30,959 bases of DNA from Bacteroidales bacterium (GTDB lineage Bacteria > Bacteroidota > Bacteroidia > Bacteroidales > UBA12077): NCBI GenBank assembly GCA_028282585.1, contig JANQHR010000141.1, positions 1 to 30,959 on the forward strand, read 5' to 3'. The notes below the pieces were generated by a model, which made no database searches, was not told the origin of the DNA, and saw only the letters and a program-made list of their open reading frames with translations. This document shows positions 1-9,142 of this stretch, in pieces. Position 1 is the stretch's first letter, and each line of letters begins with the position of its first letter. The position numbers were made by a program, and so were the translations under genes.

Positions 1-94
1 ACATTTTTTATCAATTTCATCTTAATACCATACTTTTTTTATCAAAAAGACAATAACCAAAACTTATTTGAAACCAAAAATAAAAAAGCGGCAT

Positions 95-126
95 AAAAAA
101 GAGACTGCCTTTTTGGACAGCCTCTT
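95..126 (-). terminator. Rho-independent terminator at the end of the dcw/yqeY/VirK-like transcript
   Basis: Minus strand reads GAGGCTGTC-CAAAAA-GGCAGTCTC (9-bp stem with G-U pairs) followed by T6, just downstream of the stop at 149. Confidence 0.8.
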
Positions 127-148
127 AAGAAAACTAACCCTTAAACTT

Positions 149-625
149 TTAGTCTGCGTAAATAAAAATTCCTTCGTCATTTTTGCCATCTGCAATCTTT
201 CCAAAGAAATTTTCCGTCATCAATACTTTATAAGTTTCAGCATCGAGGTATTCTGCTGTTATTTTCACTGAATTATCGTCATAAAATCTGATCTTAACAT
301 AGTTATATACATATCCATCACCTTTTGGATATTGAATTAGTTTTGATGTTGAAGAAACTAAAAAAGCTTTTTCATTGTAAATTACCATTGGAGCAAAATA
401 TTCCCAAACATCCAGTGTCATTCCGCCGATAGCATCTGGCACATCATCAACTATTTCATTATCACTAATTAATTCGCATTTAGCGTAATGAAGCACAACA
501 CTAACTTCATTGCCGCTTTTCACGTAATCCATTAATTCTTCAAAGCTTTTGATTTGGGTATTATCTTTTGCCCAAACAAATGCATAAACAAAAATTAATA
601 AAATTGTTATAAGTTTTTTTTTCAT
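149..625 (-). CDS. Exported VirK-family-like protein
   Basis: 158 aa with N-terminal signal peptide (MKKKLITILLIFVYAFVWA). The pattern SFEELMDYVKSGNEVSVVLHYAKC...GGMTLD...YNYVKIRFYDDNSV resembles the VirK family; recognised by eye. Confidence 0.6.
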   Translation of the reverse strand: MKKKLITILLIFVYAFVWAKDNTQIKSFEELMDYVKSGNEVSVVLHYAKCELISDNEIVDDVPDAIGGMTLDVWEYFAPMVIYNEKAFLVSSTSKLIQYPKGDGYVYNYVKIRFYDDNSVKITAEYLDAETYKVLMTENFFGKIADGKNDEGIFIYAD

Positions 626-633
626 ATTGATTA

Positions 634-1086
634 TTAATTAGATAACATTGTTTTTACCATATCCGCAATTAATTTACCTTCAGCCTTACCCGCCAATTGT
701 TTTGATGCAACACTCATAACCTTACCCATATCTGCCATACTTTTTGCTTCTGTTTCTTCAATAATTTTACTTATTATTGATTTTATCTCCTCTTTACTCA
801 TCTGTTCCGGTAAATATTTTTCTATTATACTAGCCTCAAACGACTCTTTTTGAGCTAATTCCTTTCTATTTTGCTCCTTAAAAATAGCAGCAGATTCTTT
901 ACGTTGTTTAACCAAACGTTGAAGAATTTTTATTTCAGTTTCTTTGGTCATAGTTTCACCTGCACCCTTTTCTGTTTTAGCAACCAAAAGTGCAGTTTTT
1001 ACAGCCCTTAATGCCTCTAACTTTTCTTTTTCACGAGACAACATGGCCTTTTTAATGTCTTCGTTAATTTTATTTTCCAGACTCAT
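634..1086 (-). CDS. yqeY: GatB/YqeY domain protein
   Basis: 150 aa; MSLENKINEDIKKAM...VKQRKESAAIF...YLPEQMS...DMGKVM...LAGKAEG is typical YqeY, commonly found after ftsZ in Bacteroidota. Confidence 0.92.
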   Translation of the reverse strand: MSLENKINEDIKKAMLSREKEKLEALRAVKTALLVAKTEKGAGETMTKETEIKILQRLVKQRKESAAIFKEQNRKELAQKESFEASIIEKYLPEQMSKEEIKSIISKIIEETEAKSMADMGKVMSVASKQLAGKAEGKLIADMVKTMLSN

Positions 1087-1119
1087 ACTAGTATTTGATA
1101 GTAATAACTTTTAAAAATT

Positions 1120-1243
1120 GAATTTCGAATATCGAATACCGATTGACCCTACCTGCCATAGGCAAGGATTTTAGAACCATTCAAGTTAATAATTTTTCGG
1201 AAATTGAATCCTTTCGTCATTCAAAATTCATTAATCGTTATTC
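1120..1243. repeat. Inverted array of degenerate heptamers (GAA-type left arm, TTC-type right arm) interrupted by a REP-like palindrome
   Basis: Left arm: gaatttc gaatatc gaatacc gattgac [1148-1166 insert] gatttta gaaccat. Right arm 1209-1243: tcctttc gtcattc aaaattc attaatc gttattc. Confidence 0.75.
1148..1166. repeat. REP-like palindrome, CCTGCCT-N5-AGGCAGG family (degenerate)
   Basis: cctacct-gccat-aggcaag; related copies at 9143-9162 and 23771-23789. Confidence 0.65.
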
Positions 1244-1282
1244 TTGATTATATTCTATTTGTTTAATTCCTATTCACTTTAT

Positions 1283-2758
1283 TTAATCAACATTATCGTG
1301 TAAATACGAATTATTAGGGTTTAAAGAAGCTCCATCACCATCTTCATCATCTTTTAAGGAATATCGAGAAACTCTTGAACTTTTAGATGGTTCAGGTTGG
1401 TCAATCTTTAAGTTTTTTCTTTTATACGCTGGCTCACTTTCAAACTCATCAATATTATCTTTAATTCTCGATGAATCCATCCTACGCTCCTTCATTCTTT
1501 CCCGAGATTCATTCAATTTTTTCTCAATTTCTGATTTCTTTGTTTCAACCGTTACTTCAGTTTCAGATTCAGGCTCTTGTAAAACAATGAATTTTTCCGG
1601 CTCTGATTTTCTACTTTTCTTTATATCAAAATCTAAGGTTCTTTGAGTAAAATCTAAACTTTCATCTTCAACAAACTCCTCTTTAATTTCATTTACTACA
1701 GGAGCTTTCTTTTTAACCTCACTTTGAGCATCCGATAAAGTAATTGTTTTCTTGGTTGTTTTCTTAGCATATAGTTCCGGAATACTATTACTTTCAAAAC
1801 CAGTTGCTATGATTGTAATACCAATACTGTCACCAAGTTTTTCATCTAAACCAGTTCCCCAAATAATATTAGGGCTAGAACCAACCTCATTATTAACATA
1901 ATCTGCAATTTCACCAATTTCATCCATGGTAATTTCTTCTGTTCCGGATGTAATATTTAATAATATATTTTCAGTTCCCTGAATCTCATTATCATTTAAT
2001 AAAGGAGAAGCTAATGCTTGCTGAACTGCTTTAACTGCACGCTCATCGCCCTCTGCAATTCCTGTTCCCATTAATGCCACGCCGCTATTTGAAAGTACTG
2101 TTTCAACATCAGCAAAATCAACATTAATATAACCCGGTACTGTAATTATTTCAGCGATTCCTTTAGCCGCTGTTGCTAAAATATTATCGGCATATGAAAA
2201 AGCTTCTGAAAACTTTAGATTTCCGCAAACTTCACGAAGTTTTTCATTATTAATTACTAATAATGAATCAACATATTTTTCAATCTCATTAATCCCTTCT
2301 ACTGCCTGGTTAATTCTTCGTTCACCTTCAAACCTAAAAGGAATTGTAACAATAGCAACTGTTAATAAATCTAAGTCTTTTGCGGCTTTGGCAATAATTG
2401 GTGCTGCACCAGTACCTGTTCCACCACCCATTCCAGCCGTAATAAAAACCATCTTAGTATTTCCTTCTAATACTTCAACAACATCGTCAAGGTTTTCAAT
2501 AGCGGCCTGGCGTCCAATTTCGGGTTTATTTCCTGCCCCCCGTCCCTCGGTTAGGGACTCACCCAATTGTATTTTAACGGAAACCGGGCTATTAGCTAAA
2601 GCTTGAGCATCGGTATTACAAACAACAAAATTTACATCTTTAATACCTTGCTTAAACATATGGTTGACTGCATTACCACCACCACCACCAACACCGATAA
2701 CTTTTATTATCGATGAACGGTCGACTGGTAAATCGAAATTCATTAAATCTTCAGTCAT
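1283..2758 (-). CDS. ftsZ: Cell division protein FtsZ
   Basis: IKVIGVGGGGGNAVN, tubulin signature GGGTGTG, INVDFADV; long charged linker and Bacteroidota-type tail NNSYLHDNVD. Confidence 0.99.
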   Translation of the reverse strand: MTEDLMNFDLPVDRSSIIKVIGVGGGGGNAVNHMFKQGIKDVNFVVCNTDAQALANSPVSVKIQLGESLTEGRGAGNKPEIGRQAAIENLDDVVEVLEGNTKMVFITAGMGGGTGTGAAPIIAKAAKDLDLLTVAIVTIPFRFEGERRINQAVEGINEIEKYVDSLLVINNEKLREVCGNLKFSEAFSYADNILATAAKGIAEIITVPGYINVDFADVETVLSNSGVALMGTGIAEGDERAVKAVQQALASPLLNDNEIQGTENILLNITSGTEEITMDEIGEIADYVNNEVGSSPNIIWGTGLDEKLGDSIGITIIATGFESNSIPELYAKKTTKKTITLSDAQSEVKKKAPVVNEIKEEFVEDESLDFTQRTLDFDIKKSRKSEPEKFIVLQEPESETEVTVETKKSEIEKKLNESRERMKERRMDSSRIKDNIDEFESEPAYKRKNLKIDQPEPSKSSRVSRYSLKDDEDGDGASLNPNNSYLHDNVD

Positions 2759-2812
2759 AATATTTGGTTTTAACAGTTACTTAATTTGATAAAACGAGTC
2801 TTTTAAAAATAC

Positions 2813-2932
2813 CAATTATCAAATAACATAATTCAATTAATCTTCAAATTCCAAAAATCAATATCCAAATGATTACTTGAAATTTAATTATTACTAGTTT
2901 AATATTAATCGTCATTTGATTTTTGTTATTTG
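2813..2932. repeat. Inverted array of degenerate heptamers (CAA-type left arm, TTG-type right arm)
   Basis: caattat caaataa cataatt caattaa (2813-2840), caaattc caaaaat caatatc caaatga (2845-2872) and tcatttg atttttg ttatttg (2912-2932). The reverse complement of 2912-2932 matches 2820-2840 at 17/21 positions. Confidence 0.75.
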
Positions 2933-2936
2933 TTAA

Positions 2937-4256
2937 TTAAAGTTCGGCATCATCTTCATCGAAAATTTCAGTAAAAACATTCTTAATTTTGCTCATAAGT
3001 CCTGATTTACTTTCTTTCTTTTCTTCTTTTATATCTTCTTCAGTACTCTCTTCTAATTGTATTTCTGGTTCTTCGACCTTTACGGTAATTCTCTTCTTGT
3101 CATTCTGTTCAAAACCTTTTAGTACTAAACCTACACTAGTTGAAAACATCGGGTGGTTAACCTCTTCCATAGCATCAGAAGCTAAATGTTCCGTTGGATA
3201 ACCAATACGAACGTCCATTCCTGTTTTAAACTTAACCAGTGCCGGAAGGTGTTTTAACAAAGCGCCACCACCAGTTAATACAATACCTGCGCTTAGCCTT
3301 TCGAAATATCCGGAGTTTTCAATTTCGTAAATAACGGCATCAAAAATTTCTTCCATCCTTGATTGAATGATATAAGCTAAACTCTTGAACGATATTTCTT
3401 TCGGTTCACGTCCGCTTATGCCAGGTATCGAAACTACCTCTTCTTCTTTTGCTAAATCTCCTAATGCCGATCCATACTGAATTTTCAATAATTCTGCCTG
3501 GCGCTGAAGGATTGAACAACCTTCTTTAATATCTTTAGTTACTACATCCCCGCCAAACGGAATAACTGCTGTATGACGGATAATATCATCATAATAAACG
3601 GCAATATCTGTGGTTCCACCTCCAATATCAACCAAGGCTACACCAGCTTCTTTTTCATCATCTGTTAATACAGCTTCTGATGAAGCTAAAGGTTCAAGCA
3701 CCAGTTGATTTAGCTTTAAACCAGCTTTATTTATGCATTTACCAATATTTTTTGCCGAGGAAATTTGCCCAATTACAATGTGGAAATTTGCTTCTACACG
3801 TTTACCTGACATTCCAACAGGATTTTTCACCCCTGTCTCATTATCCACAATATAGTTTTGGGGTAGAACATGTATAATCTCTTCTCCAACATCAATTGGG
3901 ATTTTGTACATATCCTGAATCAAAGTATTAATATCCTCTTTGGTAATTTCATCATCGTAAGAATCGCGATTAATATAACCTCGGTTTTTAATACTTTTAA
4001 TGTGCTGTCCGGCAATACCAACATAAACATCAGAGATTTGTTTTCCTACAGTGAATTGAACGTCTTCGACGGTTTTTTGTATTGAATTTACAGCTTCTTC
4101 GATATTCAATACAACACCACGCTTTACTCCTTTCGATGCTGTCTTACTAATTCCAAGAATTTCGATCTTGCCGTTTTCTTTTCTTTTACCAACAATGGCT
4201 ACAATCTTGGTTGTTCCAATGTCTATTGCTGCAACAAAATCTTCTTTATGACTCAT
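2937..4256 (-). CDS. ftsA: Cell division protein FtsA
   Basis: Actin-fold motifs IDIGTTKI, DIGGGTTD and LTGGGA; C-terminal amphipathic helix; directly upstream of ftsZ. Confidence 0.99.
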   Translation of the reverse strand: MSHKEDFVAAIDIGTTKIVAIVGKRKENGKIEILGISKTASKGVKRGVVLNIEEAVNSIQKTVEDVQFTVGKQISDVYVGIAGQHIKSIKNRGYINRDSYDDEITKEDINTLIQDMYKIPIDVGEEIIHVLPQNYIVDNETGVKNPVGMSGKRVEANFHIVIGQISSAKNIGKCINKAGLKLNQLVLEPLASSEAVLTDDEKEAGVALVDIGGGTTDIAVYYDDIIRHTAVIPFGGDVVTKDIKEGCSILQRQAELLKIQYGSALGDLAKEEEVVSIPGISGREPKEISFKSLAYIIQSRMEEIFDAVIYEIENSGYFERLSAGIVLTGGGALLKHLPALVKFKTGMDVRIGYPTEHLASDAMEEVNHPMFSTSVGLVLKGFEQNDKKRITVKVEEPEIQLEESTEEDIKEEKKESKSGLMSKIKNVFTEIFDEDDAEL

Positions 4257-4260
4257 TTTA

Positions 4261-5058
4261 TTATCGTTTTGTACAAATTACTTGATTTTCAAACCTTAAA
4301 CTTATCTTCTCATATTGATTCCAACCTACATTATTTAATCCTTGCAGATAAAATGCTCGCAAGTTTCTAAACTTAATTTCATAATTCTCAATTCCGCCAA
4401 AATAAATAATATGTGCTCCAACACGCGGAATTAGCTCAAACTCGTAATCATCATTTACATAAACCTGCTCAATTTGAGCCCTCCAGAAATCGTTTTCATA
4501 TATGAATTTACTCAACTCGTATAAATCACACATTAAATGATTCTTTTCCCAATCTTCTTCTACTAACCGATCACAATAAATTTCCCGGGTTCTGTTCACT
4601 TCATAATGCTCTACGATATTCCCATTTGCAATTAATACATGAGATGAAAACTTACTTGAAAGTGGCATTATGGTACCTTCCTGATCAATATAATAACTCT
4701 GGCCTTTGTTGTTTATGACTCTTAAAATAGGATTTCGTTGGTCAATTTCTACTCGAATATCTCCTTCAAGGGTTACATACACTTCCGCGTTTTTAACCGA
4801 TGAATACCTTTTCAACCTAATTTCCAGGTCTTTTGTATTAATTGAACCAACTGGAGAACCAATGATATGCATGTCCGATTCATGAAAGAAATCCTTAATA
4901 TCGTTTTCAGTTATGAAACCATTGGTCGTGCTATCTAAAATCTCAACCTTAATATCATGGCAAAGAATCTGACCTCTTTTCTCCCTAACAAATCCCATTG
5001 CAAAAACAATATAAAGAATGATCAAAACCCAAATCAGTATGTTCTTAAAAATCTTCAT
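4261..5058 (-). CDS. ftsQ: Cell division protein FtsQ/DivIB (Bacteroidota type)
   Basis: N-terminal TM helix, POTRA-like segment (VKNAEVY...QRNPILRV), C-terminal LRFENQVICTK; between murC and ftsA. Confidence 0.9.
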   Translation of the reverse strand: MKIFKNILIWVLIILYIVFAMGFVREKRGQILCHDIKVEILDSTTNGFITENDIKDFFHESDMHIIGSPVGSINTKDLEIRLKRYSSVKNAEVYVTLEGDIRVEIDQRNPILRVINNKGQSYYIDQEGTIMPLSSKFSSHVLIANGNIVEHYEVNRTREIYCDRLVEEDWEKNHLMCDLYELSKFIYENDFWRAQIEQVYVNDDYEFELIPRVGAHIIYFGGIENYEIKFRNLRAFYLQGLNNVGWNQYEKISLRFENQVICTKR

Positions 5059-6434
5059 TAATTTTTATTAAATATCTCTTTAATTTGTCCTACTATTTCA
5101 TCTATATCACCAGCACCTAATGTCATTAATATTTCTGGGTTCTTATTTTTTAAAAGCTCCAATAGTTCAACTTTGTTGCATAAAATTTTATTGCTGCTCT
5201 TAATTTTATTAAATATAATTTCTGATGAAACTCCCGGAATTGGTTCCTCCCTAGCCGGATATATATCTAACAATATAATTTCATCTAACAAGTCTAAACT
5301 TTCGGCAAATCCTCGTGCAAAATCCCTTGTCCTTGTGTAAAGGTGTGGCTGAAAGATTCCTGTTAACTTTTTATCTTTAAACAATTCTCGTACAGAACTT
5401 ATAGATGCTTTTAATTCTTCAGGATGATGTGCATAATCATCTATAAAAACAAAGTCCTCGCGATGAATTTGATAATCAAACCGACGACGGATGCCTTTAA
5501 AATTACCAAGCGAATTAAAAATCTCATCATTATGAACACCTGACAAGCTTGCCATTGCAACCGCTGCAATAGCATTTTCAACATTTAACAAACCTGGCAA
5601 TCCCAATTTTAAGTTATTAATTCTACCCTTTAATCCGATAAAATCGAAAACATATAGTCCATCTTCAACTCGAATATTTTCAGCTCTGAAATCGGACTTG
5701 CCTTTTAAAGAATAAGTATAAGTCTCAATATCATTGCGTTGAGGGGTTACAAAGTCCAAATCAGCTTTTATGATTAATTTTCCTCCCGGATTTATTTGAT
5801 TAATAAATTGTTTGAATGAATCCTTCAAGTCAAATTCATCAAAATATATATCCAAATGATCAGCATCAACAGCAGTTATTATTGCCTTTTCCGGATTTAG
5901 TTTTAAAAATGATCTGTCAAATTCATCAGCCTCAACTACAACATATTTACTTTCTTTATCTACTAAATGATTGGTATTATAATTTTTAGAAATTCCACCT
6001 AAAAACGCATTACACCCCATTCTTGATTGACGCATTAGATGTGCAATTATAGTTGTAATGGTTGTTTTACCATGCGTTCCAGCCACTGCAAGGCACTTTT
6101 TCTCTTGTGAAATCATTCCTAACACCTCTGAACGTTTTTTTATTTCAAAGCCTTTCTCCATAAAATAGTTCAACTCCTTATGATCTTTAGGAATTGCAGG
6201 AGTGTATACAATGAGTGTATTTTCCTTATTTCTAAAATCAACCGGAATATTTTCAAAATGATCATCAAAATGAATATTAATACCTTCAGAAATCAATTCA
6301 TTGGTTAATGGTTTAGAAACTTTATCGTAACCAGCTACATTTTTACCAAAAGTATTGTAGTATCTAGCTATAGCGCTCATGCCAATCCCACCGATTCCTA
6401 AAAAATAAACATTATGTATATCTTTAATATTCAT
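5058..6434 (-). CDS. murC: UDP-N-acetylmuramate--L-alanine ligase
   Basis: GIGGIGMSA, AVAGTHGKTT, EADEFDRSF, DDYAHHP, FQPHLYTRT. Confidence 0.99.
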   Translation of the reverse strand: MNIKDIHNVYFLGIGGIGMSAIARYYNTFGKNVAGYDKVSKPLTNELISEGINIHFDDHFENIPVDFRNKENTLIVYTPAIPKDHKELNYFMEKGFEIKKRSEVLGMISQEKKCLAVAGTHGKTTITTIIAHLMRQSRMGCNAFLGGISKNYNTNHLVDKESKYVVVEADEFDRSFLKLNPEKAIITAVDADHLDIYFDEFDLKDSFKQFINQINPGGKLIIKADLDFVTPQRNDIETYTYSLKGKSDFRAENIRVEDGLYVFDFIGLKGRINNLKLGLPGLLNVENAIAAVAMASLSGVHNDEIFNSLGNFKGIRRRFDYQIHREDFVFIDDYAHHPEELKASISSVRELFKDKKLTGIFQPHLYTRTRDFARGFAESLDLLDEIILLDIYPAREEPIPGVSSEIIFNKIKSSNKILCNKVELLELLKNKNPEILMTLGAGDIDEIVGQIKEIFNKN

Positions 6435-6446
6435 TTACATTGAATT

Positions 6447-6843
6447 TTAATTTTGATTAGATATTTTATAACCTATTTGATTTCTATTTTTTTTATCTAT
6501 TTTTTGCTGGTTTAATCTCTCTAACTGTTTTAAATATTCGAATATCAACATGATTTTCTCATCCTGTTCAACCTCTTTCTTCAGTAAATACCATAGGCAT
6601 ATATCGGGTATCACCCCAACTTGAGGTCACAATTTGTAACTTCAAGTTATTAAACTCTTCTTTTGTAAATTCAAACATAAAATCATCTGGAAAACGCACT
6701 ATATTTCTTCTTACCTGTTGCTTTAAAACTTTTGTTTCCAATCCATAAAGTTCTGCCAGGTCAGGTTCTATTACCTTCTTTCCTCTATTCAAATAGATCT
6801 TATTTATGATTCCTTCTTCAATAAGCACCAAATTATCTTCCAT
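6447..6843 (-). pseudogene. ORF6N (KilA-N-like) domain DNA-binding protein; internal deletion plus frameshift
   Basis: First frame (6843-6568): NKIYLNRGKKV..DLAELYGLETKVLKQQVRRNIVRFPDDFMFEFTKEE..FTE, a classic ORF6N. A shifted frame from about 6581 to the stop at 6449-6447 reads KKEVEQDEKIMLIFEYLKQLERLNQQKIDKKNRNQIGYKISNQN*, resembling the usual C-terminal ..IFEYLKQL..IGF tail. The middle QGVAMLSSVL..AIQVNI segment is missing. Confidence 0.85.
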
Positions 6844-7945
6844 TTCTTGCTAATTTTAAAACCTCTTCAGCAATAATTTTTGCAGAATCGCGTAATGCCA
6901 TCCCTTTTATATTTTCTGATAATAATTCAATTTGCTTTTCAGTGTTCACAAGATTCAAAGCTTCTGTTATTAATTTTTCTTTTGACTCTATATCCTTAAT
7001 TATTATCGCTGCATTCCTACTCACTAATGCCATTGCATTTTTGGTTTGGTGGTCTTCCGCCACATTTGGCGACGGGACCAAAATCACAGGCTTGCCAACC
7101 AGGCAAAGCTCCGAAATTGTTCCTGCACCTGCCCTTGAAATAATAATATCTGCAGCAGCATATGCAAAATCCATTCTTTTTATAAAATCCAGAACTCTAA
7201 TATTCTTATGGCCTGATTCATCAGTTGCTTTTTTAGCATCTTCATAATAATACTTACCCGTTTGCCATAATAACTGATATTCTGAATTTCCTATTTTATC
7301 AATATCTTTTATCACACTTTGATTAATGGTTCGAGCTCCCAGGCTTCCTCCAATAACTAAAATAGTTTTCTTATTTTCTTCTAAATCAAAATATTCTAAA
7401 GCCCCATTCTTATTTCCTAGCTTATCCAATAAATCTTGACGTACAGGATTACCTGTTAAAATGATTTTTTCCTTAGGAAAATACTTTTCCATTCCTTCGT
7501 AAGCGACACAAATTTTTGCAGCCTTTTTAGCTAATAACTTGTTGGTTATTCCTGCATAAGAATTTTGTTCTTGAATCAAAGTTGGAATTCCATTCTTAAT
7601 TGCTTTACGTAATACAGGGCCACTGGCGTATCCACCAACCCCAACAACAATATCAGGTTTAAAATCTTTAATTATTTTCTTTGATTTTTTTAAACTACTT
7701 AATAATTTGAAAATAAAACTAATATTCTTTAGTGTTAGTTTTCTTTGTAAACCAGCAACAGGCAGACCAATTATTTCATAACCAGCAGCTGGTACTTTTT
7801 CCATTTCAATTTTTCCCAAAGCACCAACAAAAAGAATATTTGTTTCCGGCTCAATTTCTTTAATCGCATTAGCAATAGAAATTGCAGGAAACACATGCCC
7901 TCCTGTTCCTCCCCCACTTATTATTATATTTTTATTCTTCATCAT
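6833..7945 (-). CDS. murG: Undecaprenyldiphospho-muramoylpentapeptide beta-N-acetylglucosaminyltransferase
   Basis: GGGTGGHVFPA, GVGGYAS, EQNS, GNPVR, GGSLGA, SRAGA, HQTKNA. Confidence 0.99.
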   Translation of the reverse strand: MMKNKNIIISGGGTGGHVFPAISIANAIKEIEPETNILFVGALGKIEMEKVPAAGYEIIGLPVAGLQRKLTLKNISFIFKLLSSLKKSKKIIKDFKPDIVVGVGGYASGPVLRKAIKNGIPTLIQEQNSYAGITNKLLAKKAAKICVAYEGMEKYFPKEKIILTGNPVRQDLLDKLGNKNGALEYFDLEENKKTILVIGGSLGARTINQSVIKDIDKIGNSEYQLLWQTGKYYYEDAKKATDESGHKNIRVLDFIKRMDFAYAAADIIISRAGAGTISELCLVGKPVILVPSPNVAEDHQTKNAMALVSRNAAIIIKDIESKEKLITEALNLVNTEKQIELLSENIKGMALRDSAKIIAEEVLKLARNGR

Positions 7946-9110
7946 TTCCTATAGCTGGTTCTGGAATTAATTCTTCATTTTTCTCAACGCTTCGGCTCAC
8001 GCTTAATATTATACCAAAAGCAACACCAGTAAATAATATGGAAGAACCTCCCATACTTACTAAAGGTAAAGTTTGCCCTGTAACAGGGAAAAGATGTACC
8101 GCAACACCCATATTGATCATTGCCTGAAAAATCAGGCTTATTGTTAAACCGAAAGCCAAAAATGCTGCAAATGAACGCCTGCTTTTTCGCACAATTACAC
8201 CTGCGCGGTATAATAAAAACAGGTATAAAAATAATACCATTAGGCCGCCAAAAAATCCGTATTCTTCAATAATTATTGCATAAATAAAATCAGAATAGGG
8301 GTGTGGTAAGAAGTTACGTTGTGTGCTATTTCCCGGACCCTTCCCAAATATTCCGCCAGTGGCAATAGCAATTTTACTTTGCTCAACCTGGTAGTTATCT
8401 CCACCTTCTCCCTTAACGTAACTTGTGATTCGGCTTTGCCATGTTCCTATACGTCCGGTATTAGAGCCGGTTATAATAACACCAGCAATTATAAGCGCAA
8501 CAACTAAAACTCCGACACCGCTAATTCCTAACAAATATTTAATCCTAACTCTACCAACAAACATCAATAAAAAAGATGCCGTAAACAGAATAAGAGCAGT
8601 TGACAGATTTGCCGGCATAATTAAACCGCAAACCACAATCACAGGTAACACCAAAGAAACAAAAACTCCGTTAAAATCATCTATTTTGTTTTGTCGCTGC
8701 GATAATACACGGGCTATATACATTATAAGTGCAAGTTTTGCAAAATCTGAAGTTTGAATTGTAAATCCTAATCCAGGCAAGGTTAACCATCTTGACGCTT
8801 GATTCAAACTTGTTCCCATCATTAATGTAACGACCAATAAGAATATAGACAAGTATAAAAATAACTGAGATAGCCTTGAATAATATTTATAAGGTATTAA
8901 ATGTGTAATATATATGATGCTTAATCCTGCCGCCAATAATACAAAATGCTTAACAATATAGTATGCAGTATTACCTCCCTGATATTTATATGCTAAAGTT
9001 CCTGTTGAGCTATAAACCGCTAATAATGAGAAAACCGAAAGAGCAAAAATCACTCCCCAGATCACTTTGTCACCCTTAAAGTATTTAGACAGTATCTCTT
9101 TTAACCTCAT
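7932..9110 (-). CDS. ftsW: SEDS peptidoglycan polymerase FtsW
   Basis: Multi-TM; ASRWL, QTSDFAK, YQVEQSKIAIATGG, LPHPYSDFI, GQTLPLVSMGGSS; between murD and murG. Confidence 0.97.
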   Translation of the reverse strand: MRLKEILSKYFKGDKVIWGVIFALSVFSLLAVYSSTGTLAYKYQGGNTAYYIVKHFVLLAAGLSIIYITHLIPYKYYSRLSQLFLYLSIFLLVVTLMMGTSLNQASRWLTLPGLGFTIQTSDFAKLALIMYIARVLSQRQNKIDDFNGVFVSLVLPVIVVCGLIMPANLSTALILFTASFLLMFVGRVRIKYLLGISGVGVLVVALIIAGVIITGSNTGRIGTWQSRITSYVKGEGGDNYQVEQSKIAIATGGIFGKGPGNSTQRNFLPHPYSDFIYAIIIEEYGFFGGLMVLFLYLFLLYRAGVIVRKSRRSFAAFLAFGLTISLIFQAMINMGVAVHLFPVTGQTLPLVSMGGSSILFTGVAFGIILSVSRSVEKNEELIPEPAIGNDEE

Positions 9111-9142
9111 AATCGTATCAGATTTCGATGTTTAAAGTATAG

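Noticed and set aside
1120-2932. Heptamer arrays considered as CRISPR or DGR repeats
   Set aside because: No 23-47-nt identical repeats with spacers, no template/variable repeat pair, and no cas or reverse transcriptase gene in the window.
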